Numbered from the stretch's first letter, positions 10,311-19,214 are shown. The stretch is DNA of 64,000 nucleotides from a candidate division WOR-3 bacterium (GCA_965649055.1 CBFGJG010000004.1:7654-71653); one strand, 5' to 3'. The notes: generated from the sequence alone by a model not told the origin. Translations and numbers: made by a program.

Positions 10311-11989
10311 ATTTTTTCAACACTTTCCTTTACTTTTTCTGGTTCTGTTTTTATTATTTCCCTGTTATCCCTTCTCGAGATTTCAACCTTTCCTTCTTTC
10401 ATAACTTTTGGACCAATCGTAATCCTGATTGGAATTCCAATCAAATCTGCATCTTTAAATTTAGCACCAGGCCCAATGTCTCTGTCGTCTAAGAGTATTT
10501 CGTATTTCTCTCCTAATATTTTATAAAGATTTTCGGAAATTTCAAGTGATTTATTATCTTTTATATCAACAAGGGTTATTATTGCATCAAAAGGGGATAT
10601 GGAAACAGGCCATATTATTCCATCTTTGTCGTTGTAAATTTCAATTGCAGTAGCCATAATTCTTTCAACACCTATACCATAACTTCCCATCACTATTGGT
10701 TTTTGTCTTCCATCTTTATCTGTGAAATTTGCACCTATTGCTTCGGAATACTTTCTTCCGAGTTTAAAAATATGTCCAAGCTCGATTGTGTTTTTTAATA
10801 TTATTTTTGAAGAACATTTCTTACATATATCACCTTCTTTTACATTTCTTATATCAACAAATTTTAATGGCTTAAAATCTCTTCCAATCTCAATTCCCTG
10901 AAGGTGATAATCATCTTTATTTGCGCCGCTCACAAGGTTTCTTCCATCTCTTAAACTTATATCAACATACGAAGGGATATTTAATCCGACAGGACTTATA
11001 TAACCTTTAGTGGCACCTGTAAATTTTTTAATCTCATCATCACTTGCCGGTCTTGAATTCTTAAATAATTGCAAGAATTTGTTTTCATTTACTTCGTAAT
11101 CACCCCTTATAAGGACAAAGAAAGGATTCCCGTTTTCATCAATATATAATAAACTTTTCATAAGCATATATTCAGGGACTGAAAGAAACTGAGATACTTC
11201 TTTTACAGAACCTGTGATGGGTGTATGAATTAATTTAAGGGAAGAACTTTCACCAAAATCCACAGGCAAAGGCTCTGTTTCAGCAACATCAATATTTGAA
11301 GAATATCCACATTTTTCACAAAAGACAATGCTGTCTTCGCCTGCTTTTGACGGAACCATAAATTCGTGAGATTGTGAACCACCCATAATTCCGCTTGATG
11401 CTGAAACAACTATAGTATTTAATTTAACCCGACTGAAAATTTTTTCATAGGCTTCATAATGAAGTTTATAACTTTTGTCAAGACCTTCTTCATTAATATC
11501 AAAAGAATAGGAATCCATCATTATAAATGTTCTTGCCCTTAAAACTCCACCCCTTGGCCTTAACTCGTCCCTGTATTTTATCTGGATTTGATACCACATT
11601 TGCGGAAGGTCATTATAGGATTTGATATCAATCCTTGCAAGCTCGGTCATTATTTCTTCGTGTGTTGGAGCAAGTGCATAATCCCTTTGTTTTCTGTCTT
11701 TTAAACGAAACATCTCGTCTCCGTATTCTTCCCATCTCCCTGTTTTTTCCCAGAGTTCTTTCGGGGTTAATGCAGGAAGCAATAGTTCCTGTGCCCCAAT
11801 TCTATCCATTTCTTCCCTTATTATATTTATGATTTTCTTAAGAACCTTCCATCCTAAAGGAAGATAAACATATACACCACTTGATAATAATTTTATAAAA
11901 CCACCCCTTAAAAGTAAAATATGGCTTATATTTGTTGCTTCTTTCGGTGTTTCTTTAAGGGTTGGTATGTAGCTTTCAGTCCATTTCAT
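10289..11989 (-). CDS. proS: Prolyl-tRNA synthetase (bacterial type with editing insertion)
   Basis: Class II aaRS motifs, N-terminal '[13 protein letters not shown]', and a C-terminal anticodon-binding domain. Confidence 0.95.
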   Translation of the reverse strand: MKWTESYIPTLKETPKEATNISHILLLRGGFIKLLSSGVYVYLPLGWKVLKKIINIIREEMDRIGAQELLLPALTPKELWEKTGRWEEYGDEMFRLKDRKQRDYALAPTHEEIMTELARIDIKSYNDLPQMWYQIQIKYRDELRPRGGVLRARTFIMMDSYSFDINEEGLDKSYKLHYEAYEKIFSRVKLNTIVVSASSGIMGGSQSHEFMVPSKAGEDSIVFCEKCGYSSNIDVAETEPLPVDFGESSSLKLIHTPITGSVKEVSQFLSVPEYMLMKSLLYIDENGNPFFVLIRGDYEVNENKFLQLFKNSRPASDDEIKKFTGATKGYISPVGLNIPSYVDISLRDGRNLVSGANKDDYHLQGIEIGRDFKPLKFVDIRNVKEGDICKKCSSKIILKNTIELGHIFKLGRKYSEAIGANFTDKDGRQKPIVMGSYGIGVERIMATAIEIYNDKDGIIWPVSISPFDAIITLVDIKDNKSLEISENLYKILGEKYEILLDDRDIGPGAKFKDADLIGIPIRITIGPKVMKEGKVEISRRDNREIIKTEPEKVKESVEKIWKELKN

Positions 11990-12049
11990 AAATATAAAAT
12001 AACAAAATGTTATAATATGTCAATAAAAATTTAAACTTAAAAAAAATCC

Positions 12050-12078
12050 TTGACAAAATTTTAAAAATCATTTATAAT
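12050..12078 (+). promoter_or_regulatory. Consensus sigma70 promoter (TTGACA-17nt-TATAAT) reading rightwards into the non-coding repeat region
   Basis: Exact -35 TTGACA at 12050-12055, a 17-nt spacer, and exact -10 TATAAT at 12073-12078. Confidence 0.6.
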
Positions 12079-12200
12079 AAAAATACAAAATAAAAATTAA
12101 ATTCGCTCTTTGAAATTAGAATAGTTTTTTATACCGGATTAAGGGATAATTTATTACAAATTACTAACTTTGTAATAATTTTCCTGAACGACGCCTGAAG

Positions 12201-12341
12201 TTTTCCACATTTTTTCCACAACGAGATAACAAGTTATTGATAATAATTGAGTTATAGCGAAAATTAAAAAAAATTTCAAACTCATCGTCGTTGTGGTTCA
12301 AAATGAATGAGTTATGAAAAATGTGGATAAAATGTGGATAA
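12201..12341. promoter_or_regulatory. Cluster of four DnaA boxes in inverted arrangement (candidate oriC / DnaA-regulated element)
   Basis: Two TTTTCCACA boxes at 12201-12209 and 12212-12220, one mismatch from TTATCCACA. Two perfect TGTGGATAA boxes (the reverse complement of TTATCCACA) at 12322-12330 and 12333-12341. An inverted repeat ccacaacga/tcgttgtgg lies between them, and an extreme-AT tract lies at 12000-12120. Confidence 0.55.
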
Positions 12342-12405
12342 TTTTTAGGTCTGTGTCGGAAATGCCCTTATAAGTTATTGGTGTTAAATAACTTTCAAGG
12401 GGTGC

Positions 12406-12705
12406 TGTAGCAATCGAACTCCCGTAAGATCGGGATTGCAACCGCATCGATGAAATCGCTCAACTTCATAGCGTTCCTCCTTTGTAGCAATCGAACTCCC
12501 GTAAGATCGGGCTCGAAATAATGGGGACTAGGGATTAGGCATTAGGGACTGGTATATAATAAGTTTATATTTCGATAAAGAATAGATGTGAGAATATAAA
12601 TAAAATGCTTACAAGACTTTATAAGTCTATTAAATAACTAATCCCCAGTCACGAGTCCCCAGTCCCTAAAACACTCCCGTAATATCGGGCTCGAAATAAT
12701 GGGGA
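12406..12705 (+). repeat. Short direct-repeat family with hairpin potential (CCCG-N6-CGGG). Two identical 29-nt copies are separated by a 48-nt unique segment, followed by a third 33-nt partial copy.
   Basis: TGTAGCAATCGAACTCCCGTAAGATCGGG occurs at 12406-12434 and 12483-12511. ACTCCCGTAA[G/T]ATCGGGCTCGAAATAATGGGGA occurs at 12494-12527 and 12673-12705. GC-rich inverted repeats (…TTAGGGACTGG / CCAGTCCCTAA…) flank a ~110-bp AT-rich loop at 12523-12681. Confidence 0.5.
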
Positions 12706-12730
12706 TTAGAGACTTGTGGAATATGGAATA

Positions 12731-12856
12731 ATGTTAGTAGATGATTTGGATGTTTTTAAATTATCACATGGAATTTTATTAAAGGTTTATGAGCTAACGA
12801 GAGAATTTCAAAAAGATAAGATATTTAATTTAACAATGCAATTAAGACGGATATAA
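12731..12856 (+). pseudogene. Truncated four-helix-bundle protein gene (PF05635 / '23S rRNA intervening-sequence protein' / DGR Avd-like family), with a possible further decayed remnant up to ~12930
   Basis: The 41-aa ORF 'MLVDDLDVFKLSHGILLKVYELTREFQKDKIFNLTMQLRRI*' matches the N-terminal half of that family (…LxVWkkA.eLv.eIYklT.kFPkeEkFgLTSQlRRAAvSi…). A stop codon cuts it off where the family continues. Downstream, 'IEGGQKKIERQLLI' may be a frame-shifted remainder. Confidence 0.45.
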
Positions 12857-13205
12857 AGTTCTATATCTATAAATTAAATTGAGGGTGGGCAAAAAAAGAT
12901 TGAAAGACAATTGTTAATAATTTTTTTGATAATTTGAATCCTTATATAAACATTTTATAAATTTCAATCAGGTATTATTAATAGTCTGGTTAAACTATTT
13001 TCCTTAGAGTGTTTTACAATTTATAAACTCATCTGGAATTTCATTATTCAAAATATCAAATAAGCCATTTATTAGAAGATTCACATTAGCAATATTAATT
13101 TGGTTTCTTTCTTATATACAGATTAACAAAAAGGTGAATGGGCAGATTTTTAATGGTTAAGATAGCAATATATTTTGGGAAAATTAAAAAATAACAAAGA
13201 TTTAT

Positions 13206-13234
13206 TTGACAAAAATTTTTTTAACTTTACAATA
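13206..13234 (+). promoter_or_regulatory. Near-consensus sigma70 promoter for the C25 propeptide/peptidase genes
   Basis: TTGACA at 13206-13211, a 16-17 nt spacer, then TACAAT/ACAATA. An AGGAGG RBS sits 7 nt before the ATG at 13256. Confidence 0.5.
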
Positions 13235-13255
13235 ATAAATAAACAGGAGGTATTT

Positions 13256-13843
13256 ATGATTCTCTTATTCGTTTTAATAAATACAGATTTCACCTATATT
13301 TTAAAGTGTTCAGAACCTGAAATTATCTCTGAAAATGGATATGTGAAACTATCTTTGACTGATTATAATTATTTAAGAATTCCTGGTAAACCTGAAATGC
13401 CGTTTAAACCAATTGTATTTCTTCTGCCACCTGATGCAATCTTTAAAACAATTTCTTTTGAATTACTTGATTCGACAATAATAGACCTTCATAACCTTAT
13501 ATTTCCTGCTCAAAGATATATACCATTTTTTAAAGATAGTAAGGTAGAAAGGGTTGAACCTGATAAAAATGTATACAGTTCGAATGAACCTTATCCCGGG
13601 ATATTAATAAAGAGTTTCGGAGAAAGCAGGAAAGGCGTCTTCAGACTTTTGACAATTAATATCTATCCAATCCAGTATATACCAGCGCTTAACAGGTTAA
13701 TTATATACGATATCAAGTTAAGAATTGAATATGAAAACTCTGACAAATTCGTGAAGATAAACAGAAATCAATTTGAATTCCATAAGAAGGGTGTTGAGAA
13801 GTTAGTAATAAATCCAGAAATGATTGATTATTACAGGAGGTAA
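13256..13843 (+). CDS. Stand-alone peptidase-C25 (gingipain-type) N-terminal propeptide-domain protein with signal peptide
   Basis: The start is placed at the Met with a strong RBS; the ORF track begins at 13175. 'ENGYVKLSL…IPGKPEMPFKPIVFLLPPDA…FPAQ…YPG…RLLTINIYPIQYIPA' follows the Propeptide_C25 pattern (G.PxLP…LPP.A…P…YP…R…L.I.P.qY.P). Confidence 0.65.
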   Translation: MILLFVLINTDFTYILKCSEPEIISENGYVKLSLTDYNYLRIPGKPEMPFKPIVFLLPPDAIFKTISFELLDSTIIDLHNLIFPAQRYIPFFKDSKVERVEPDKNVYSSNEPYPGILIKSFGESRKGVFRLLTINIYPIQYIPALNRLIIYDIKLRIEYENSDKFVKINRNQFEFHKKGVEKLVINPEMIDYYRR

Positions 13844-13845
13844 GG

Positions 13846-16719
13846 ATGAAAAGATTATTTCCGATATTTTTTATAAGCCTTTTCATATATCCACAAAGTT
13901 TAAAGATACTATATGAACCATTAGAGGGTGTTCCACTTTACCCGGCAAAAACCACACCTTTAATGAAAGAGATTAATGTCTTAGAAACAAGGCAAAGCCC
14001 TGTTAATTTTTATAGAACATCTTCTCATCATCCTGATAAAATTGGACATACAGATTTTAAAGAAATATACGGAAGACCTGTTGTAAATTACCCATTAGAG
14101 TTTTTAGATTCAAAGGTATCATACGATACACTCTCATACTGGAATACTGCTTCAACAAATTTCTTTTACTGGAATCAGCCGGATAACTATGGTGATATAA
14201 ATTATTCTGTCCGCTTCACACCCATTAACAATGGAACATTGAAAAGTGCGATATTCTGGTTCTATAATCTTGTAGGTTCTGGTAATATAAGGATTCATGT
14301 ATGGAATGATAATTGGGGTTATCCTGGAACAGAACTCGGGTATGTTGATTTTCCAACATCAGGTATAGCCGGCTGGCCTTATGGAACTATAATAGATCTT
14401 TCATCTTTAGGGATAAATGTTACAGCAGGGAACGATTTTTATGTTGGATATTCTTTATTATCAGGTGTCAGCACCTTAGGACTCGTTTATGATACATTTG
14501 GTCTTGCACCTGAAAGATGCTATGATTATTGGCCTACCTTTAGTATGTGGGAAACATCCGACTGGATTCATGATAATATTACATGGCTTATTGAGGCAGT
14601 TGTTGAGGTTGGTGCTGGTGGACAACCTAATCTCACATATTACACACCAACGGGATGGGATGGACCGATAGTTCCATCATCTGTATCAGGGACACACACA
14701 ACAGGTCCAAATCTTCAGGGCGGTGCTACGACATATATAGACTGGGCTATTATAAATAATGGAAGTGATACTGCACTGGCAACATTCTATATTTATCTTT
14801 ATTCAGATGGAATACCAATAGGAGGATGGTATACTGATTCACTTCCACCTAACTATTATACTTATGTTGAAGATTGGACATATACATTCTCATCAGGGAA
14901 TCATACACTTGGAATATTTGCAGATTCAACAAATACGATTTCTGAAAGCAATGAGACAGACAATAAATATTCGCAGGTCTTCTCATGGGGTGGAGGTGGT
15001 GGAGGAGGAATTTCAGGTGTGAAATATATTATTATCACAAGTCCGAGTTTTGTTTCATACTTTGAACCACTTGCATGGTGGAAGACCAAAAAAGGTGTCC
15101 CTGCAAAGATTGTAACTACTGATTACATATATGCAAATTATTCGGGAACTGATAACCAACAGAAGATAAGAAATTATATATCTGCACAGGCTGATTCAGG
15201 TGTATTGTATATACTCCTTGGTGGTCAGATGGACTGGGAACATGGTGAAGGTATAGTTCCAAGAAGGGATGTTTGGTGCATGCAAAGTGGAGGTGGAGGA
15301 TATCCAGATGAAGATACTATCCCAACAGATATGTATTATTCAAATCTTGATGGGAACTGGAATGGTGACGGGGATAATGTTTATGGTGAGATGGGTGATA
15401 ATGTAGACCTTTATTCAGATATTGCAATAGGAAGGGCACCTGTAAAAAATACATCACAGGTTACAAATTTTGTGAATAAGGTCTTAACTTATGAAAAGAA
15501 TCCACCAACAAGTTATATTAAGAAAATACTTCTTCCATCTGTGAAGCTTTTTGATTATTATTATCATGGAGTAAATTATTACGGATATGTTGTGAATAAT
15601 GCAATCTCAAATATAACACCAGCAGGCTGGCAGGATTCAAAACTTGAAGATAACAATAATTCGCAGTCATGGAATTTAAGACAGGCTATAAAAGATTCAC
15701 TTAATAATGGTTTCCATTTCTGCCATTTTGCAGCACACGGTGATGAATACGGACATTACTATCTCTTAGGAAACACTGTATACAATTATTCAGATGCACA
15801 AACAATGAACAATGGAACAAAATATTCAATCATAAATGCAATTTCCTGTTTTACAGGTGCTGTTGATGAGGCAGGTTCATCTGCAAGTTATGATTGTATC
15901 GCAGAACACTATGTGAACAGGGTTTCAAATGGGGCTGTTGCAACTATTATGAATACAAGATATGGACTTGCTTATCCACCGAGTATGGGACCATCAGAGG
16001 TTCTTGATACAACATTCTATCGCTTGATATTTCTTGAAGGGTTTTATCACCTTGGTGAAGCACATATGGAGGCAAGGGATAGATGGGCAAGCTCTGCACA
16101 ATCAGATCAGGGATTCAGATGGTGTGTTTATGAGTTAACACTTTTTGGTGACCCTGAAATGCCTATATGGACAGATACACCACAGAATATGAATGTATCT
16201 ATAAATCTTGATTCACTCATTGTTGGACAGAACAATAATCTTATAGTAACAGTCCAGACTGCGAAGGCACCTGTGCAGAATGCCCTTGTCTGTCTTGCAA
16301 CAAAAAACTATGATGTATATGATACATTATTAACAAATTCAAGTGGCCAGGCAAATTTCACTGTGAATCCTTCAGCTGAAGAGACAATATTTATAACTGT
16401 AACAAAACATAATTACATACCTTATGAGACATACAGACTTTCAAAAATCTCCACAGGTATCTCTGATGATACGGGAAAACTAAACTTCTATCTTTCTTTA
16501 AATTCCGGAAAAGGAATAAATGTGAATTATGATATTCCAGAAAAAGGCGAAGTGAAAATATCTGTTTTAGATATTGTTGGAAGGAAGAAAGAGATTTACA
16601 GAAATATTGTAGAAAAAGGAAAACATAATATTGTATATAAACCAGAAAAATTCGGTGTTTATTTCATTATGCTTGAATATAAGGAAAAATCTATTCTTAA
16701 GAAGATTGTTTATTTTTAA
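13846..16719 (+). CDS. Secreted multidomain cysteine peptidase, family C25 (gingipain-like). Domains in order: signal peptide, N-terminal beta/CARDB-like region, poly-Gly linker, C25 catalytic domain, Ig-like domain, T9SS C-terminal sorting domain.
   Basis: Catalytic-domain hallmarks 'YIIITSPSFVSYFEPLAWWKTKKG', His in 'AAHGDEYGHYY' and Cys in 'AISCFTG'. A G7 linker is present. The C-terminal ~80 aa, 'KGEVKISVLDIVGRK…YFIMLEY…KIVYF', is typical of a Por/T9SS CTD. Confidence 0.8.
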   Translation: MKRLFPIFFISLFIYPQSLKILYEPLEGVPLYPAKTTPLMKEINVLETRQSPVNFYRTSSHHPDKIGHTDFKEIYGRPVVNYPLEFLDSKVSYDTLSYWNTASTNFFYWNQPDNYGDINYSVRFTPINNGTLKSAIFWFYNLVGSGNIRIHVWNDNWGYPGTELGYVDFPTSGIAGWPYGTIIDLSSLGINVTAGNDFYVGYSLLSGVSTLGLVYDTFGLAPERCYDYWPTFSMWETSDWIHDNITWLIEAVVEVGAGGQPNLTYYTPTGWDGPIVPSSVSGTHTTGPNLQGGATTYIDWAIINNGSDTALATFYIYLYSDGIPIGGWYTDSLPPNYYTYVEDWTYTFSSGNHTLGIFADSTNTISESNETDNKYSQVFSWGGGGGGGISGVKYIIITSPSFVSYFEPLAWWKTKKGVPAKIVTTDYIYANYSGTDNQQKIRNYISAQADSGVLYILLGGQMDWEHGEGIVPRRDVWCMQSGGGGYPDEDTIPTDMYYSNLDGNWNGDGDNVYGEMGDNVDLYSDIAIGRAPVKNTSQVTNFVNKVLTYEKNPPTSYIKKILLPSVKLFDYYYHGVNYYGYVVNNAISNITPAGWQDSKLEDNNNSQSWNLRQAIKDSLNNGFHFCHFAAHGDEYGHYYLLGNTVYNYSDAQTMNNGTKYSIINAISCFTGAVDEAGSSASYDCIAEHYVNRVSNGAVATIMNTRYGLAYPPSMGPSEVLDTTFYRLIFLEGFYHLGEAHMEARDRWASSAQSDQGFRWCVYELTLFGDPEMPIWTDTPQNMNVSINLDSLIVGQNNNLIVTVQTAKAPVQNALVCLATKNYDVYDTLLTNSSGQANFTVNPSAEETIFITVTKHNYIPYETYRLSKISTGISDDTGKLNFYLSLNSGKGINVNYDIPEKGEVKISVLDIVGRKKEIYRNIVEKGKHNIVYKPEKFGVYFIMLEYKEKSILKKIVYF

Positions 16720-16797
16720 TGGTATTTTTTAAGTTTAAAAAGTAAAATTTTTAAAATGCTCAAAACATAGAATTTTACAGAATTTTAAAAAAAATAC

Positions 16798-16826
16798 TTG
16801 ACAAAATGCAAGATTTTATATATATT
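16798..16826 (+). promoter_or_regulatory. Near-consensus sigma70 promoter of the HU gene
   Basis: TTGACA at 16798-16803, a 17-nt spacer, TATATT at 16821-16826. A GGAGGTG RBS sits upstream of a TTG/GTG start. Confidence 0.55.
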
Positions 16827-16848
16827 TCAATCAACCAAAAGGAGGTGA

Positions 16849-17127
16849 TTGGTGAACAAAAAACAGATAATTGAACAAGTTGCAAAAGATGCAGGTATTT
16901 CCAAAAAACAGGCACAGAAGTCGCTTGACTCTGTTCTTGCAAACATTCAGAAGGCACTGAAGAAAGGTGACAAGGTTACATTTGTTGGATTTGGAACATT
17001 TATGGTTAGGAAGAGGAAAGCAAGGATTGCAAGAAATCCAAGGAATCCAAACCAGACTATTAAAGTTCCTGCAAAGAAAGTTCCTGTTTTTAAAGCTGGT
17101 AACCTGCTTAAAAAATCAGTATCTTAA
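16849..17127 (+). CDS. hup: DNA-binding protein HU (probable TTG or GTG start)
   Basis: 'GFGTF.V…R.ARNP.T' HU/IHF signature, 92 aa. Confidence 0.92.
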   Translation: MVNKKQIIEQVAKDAGISKKQAQKSLDSVLANIQKALKKGDKVTFVGFGTFMVRKRKARIARNPRNPNQTIKVPAKKVPVFKAGNLLKKSVS

Positions 17128-17131
17128 TGAT

Positions 17132-17158
17132 AGGGGGCTTTAAGCCCCCTTTTTTTTA
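17132..17158 (+). terminator. Rho-independent terminator after hup
   Basis: agggggctt-taa-gccccct stem-loop followed by a T9 run. Confidence 0.85.
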
Positions 17159-17487
17159 TGCAAAAAATTTTTTTAATATTCGCATTATCACTTGTTATTG
17201 AAAGGGCACTTGAACAGATAAGTGAATTTATCCCAAGAAAGAGAAGAAAAAAAGTTATGTGGTTACTTTCAATGGTATTATCACTTATAATTACTTTCAT
17301 ATGTAAGATAGGTGTGTTAAGAGAACTTGGGATAATTCAAGGTAATGGAATTGTCTATTTTCTTGATTATTTTCTTACAGGTTTGATAATTAGCAGTGGT
17401 TCCGAACCTGTTCATTCACTTATAATCGCACTTGAAAGCAAAAAAGAGGAATTGAAACAAAAAGTAAAAAAAATTGAGAAGAACTGA
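17158..17487 (+). CDS. Small hypothetical membrane protein (2-3 TM)
   Basis: Hydrophobic segments only. No recognisable family. Confidence 0.35.
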   Translation: MQKIFLIFALSLVIERALEQISEFIPRKRRKKVMWLLSMVLSLIITFICKIGVLRELGIIQGNGIVYFLDYFLTGLIISSGSEPVHSLIIALESKKEELKQKVKKIEKN

Positions 17488-18361
17488 AGAAGCAATCATA
17501 GATTTCATATATAAAAAATTCAAAAATTTTAGAAAGATTAAAAAAGGTATTGGAGATGATTGTGCAATTTTAGATGATTATGCAATAACAAAAGATATAT
17601 ATATTGAAGGAACTCATTTTACAAAATTATTGGAACCAAAGGCTATAGGATGGAGGACATTTGCAGGTGCTTTGAGTGATATTGCAGCAGTAGGTGGGGA
17701 ACCTTTTTATTTTTTATTCGGAATTGGACTACCACAGGATTACGATGAGAAATTTTTTAGAGCATTAATACAGGGGATTAAAGAATTGTCAGATATGTTT
17801 AAGGTTCAGGTAATAGGTGGGGATACTGTAAAAAGCGAAAAGATAGTTCTTTCTTATACTGTTATTGGAAGAATTAAAAAACCAATATACAGGATTGGTG
17901 CAAAAGAAAACGATAATATATACATTACAGGAAATATTGGTGGATCAAGGCTTGGATATGAATTTAATCTGAAGAATGAAAAGTTTTTATTCCCGATTCC
18001 AAGGATAAAAGAGATAAAAAATATTTTGAAAAAATATAAAATAAATTCAATGATAGATATATCAGATGGACTTGTACTAGATTCCATAAGGGTTTCAAAT
18101 GAGAGTAATGTCAGATTCAATCTGTTTTCCAATTTGATTCCTTTGAATAAAGAAGCTATAGATTATTGTAAAAAAAATAATCTGAATCCAGTGGAGTTTT
18201 GTATAAACAGTGGTGAAGAGTATGAAATACTTTTTACTTCACCTGAAAAAATAAATATGGAAGGTATTAGAATGATAGGATTTGTTTCAAAAGGAAAAGG
18301 TGTTTACCTTGATAACAGGAAAATAAAACATAGAGGTTTCAAGCATTTCGATGAAGATTAA
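17474..18361 (+). CDS. thiL: Thiamine-monophosphate kinase
   Basis: AIR-synthase-related fold, with 'GIGDDCAIL', 'YIEGTHF' and 'GGDTV'. Confidence 0.85.
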   Translation: MRRTEEAIIDFIYKKFKNFRKIKKGIGDDCAILDDYAITKDIYIEGTHFTKLLEPKAIGWRTFAGALSDIAAVGGEPFYFLFGIGLPQDYDEKFFRALIQGIKELSDMFKVQVIGGDTVKSEKIVLSYTVIGRIKKPIYRIGAKENDNIYITGNIGGSRLGYEFNLKNEKFLFPIPRIKEIKNILKKYKINSMIDISDGLVLDSIRVSNESNVRFNLFSNLIPLNKEAIDYCKKNNLNPVEFCINSGEEYEILFTSPEKINMEGIRMIGFVSKGKGVYLDNRKIKHRGFKHFDED

Positions 18362-19199
18362 AAATATCTGTATTCCCTGTGCATTGGATTTTGCATACAG
18401 AACCCTTAAATTTACAGGATTTGAAGATAATGAGAAAATTATGAAGGAAATTCTAAGGGAGGTTGCTTCAATTGATTATTCTTTAACACCTGCACACCTT
18501 GGAACTATTATATCAAGAAGGATAAAAAAACTAACAGGGATAGAAGACCCATATAAAGAAGAAAAGAAGAAACAGAATGAAATTGGGAAAAAGATATATA
18601 AGATTTTAAAAGAGATAATTTCAGGTTCAAAAAATTCAGTAGTTGATGCAATTAAAATATCATGTGTTGGAAATTCAATAGACCTTGGCGCAACTGGAAT
18701 TATAAATATAGATTTTGATAAAATAAAAAAAGAATTAAATTTTGAGCTTGAAGAGAAAAAACTAAAAGATTTTATAGAGAAACTGAAAAAAGCAAAGAGT
18801 GTATTTTTTATAAGCGATAATGCTGGTGAGATTATGTTTGATAAAGTATTCCTTGAAGAGATAAAAGATAAAAAACTATATGTGAGTGTAAAAACCAAAC
18901 CAATAATCAATGATATTACGATAGAAGAAATAGATGATACGGGAATAAAAGATTTTGCCGAGATTATAGAAACAGGAACTGATTCGATAGGTATAATGAT
19001 GGATGAAGTAACTGATGAGTTTAAAAAAATATTTTTCACAGCTGATATGGTTATTGCAAAAGGACATGGAAATTTTGAGACACTTGTTGATAGTAAAAGA
19101 GAAGTTTTTTTCATGCTTAAGGCGAAATGTGATTATGTTGCTCAAACACTCAAAATTTCTAAGTATTCATATTTTACAGGTAATAATTCTATTGATTAA
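18351..19199 (+). CDS. DUF89 / ARMT1-like damage-control phosphatase family protein
   Basis: 'ISDNAGEIMFD' and 'AKGHGNFE' match the DUF89 metal-binding motifs. Confidence 0.65.
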   Translation: MKIKNICIPCALDFAYRTLKFTGFEDNEKIMKEILREVASIDYSLTPAHLGTIISRRIKKLTGIEDPYKEEKKKQNEIGKKIYKILKEIISGSKNSVVDAIKISCVGNSIDLGATGIINIDFDKIKKELNFELEEKKLKDFIEKLKKAKSVFFISDNAGEIMFDKVFLEEIKDKKLYVSVKTKPIINDITIEEIDDTGIKDFAEIIETGTDSIGIMMDEVTDEFKKIFFTADMVIAKGHGNFETLVDSKREVFFMLKAKCDYVAQTLKISKYSYFTGNNSID

Positions 19200-19214
19200 T
19201 TTTTTAAAAAGATT

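Noticed and set aside
12361-12440. tRNA or tmRNA gene in the non-coding gap
   Set aside because: No cloverleaf with T-arm GTTCRA or acceptor/CCA features could be folded by eye. The 'atcgaactccc' segment only superficially resembles a T-loop.
12406-12511. A bona fide CRISPR array (two identical 29-nt repeats separated by a 48-nt 'spacer')
   Set aside because: Only two full repeats plus one partial copy at irregular distance, and no cas genes in the 64 kb window. Recorded as a repeat family or decayed element instead.
13175-13255. N-terminal extension 'MGKLKNNKDLFDKNFF…' of the propeptide-domain ORF
   Set aside because: The extension overlaps the promoter -35/-10 elements. The downstream Met at 13256 has an AGGAGG RBS and begins a signal peptide.
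14990-15010. GGTGGAGGTGGTGGAGGAGGA tract as a slippage or frameshift site in the C25 peptidase
   Set aside because: The reading frame is continuous across it. It encodes a Gly7 interdomain linker.
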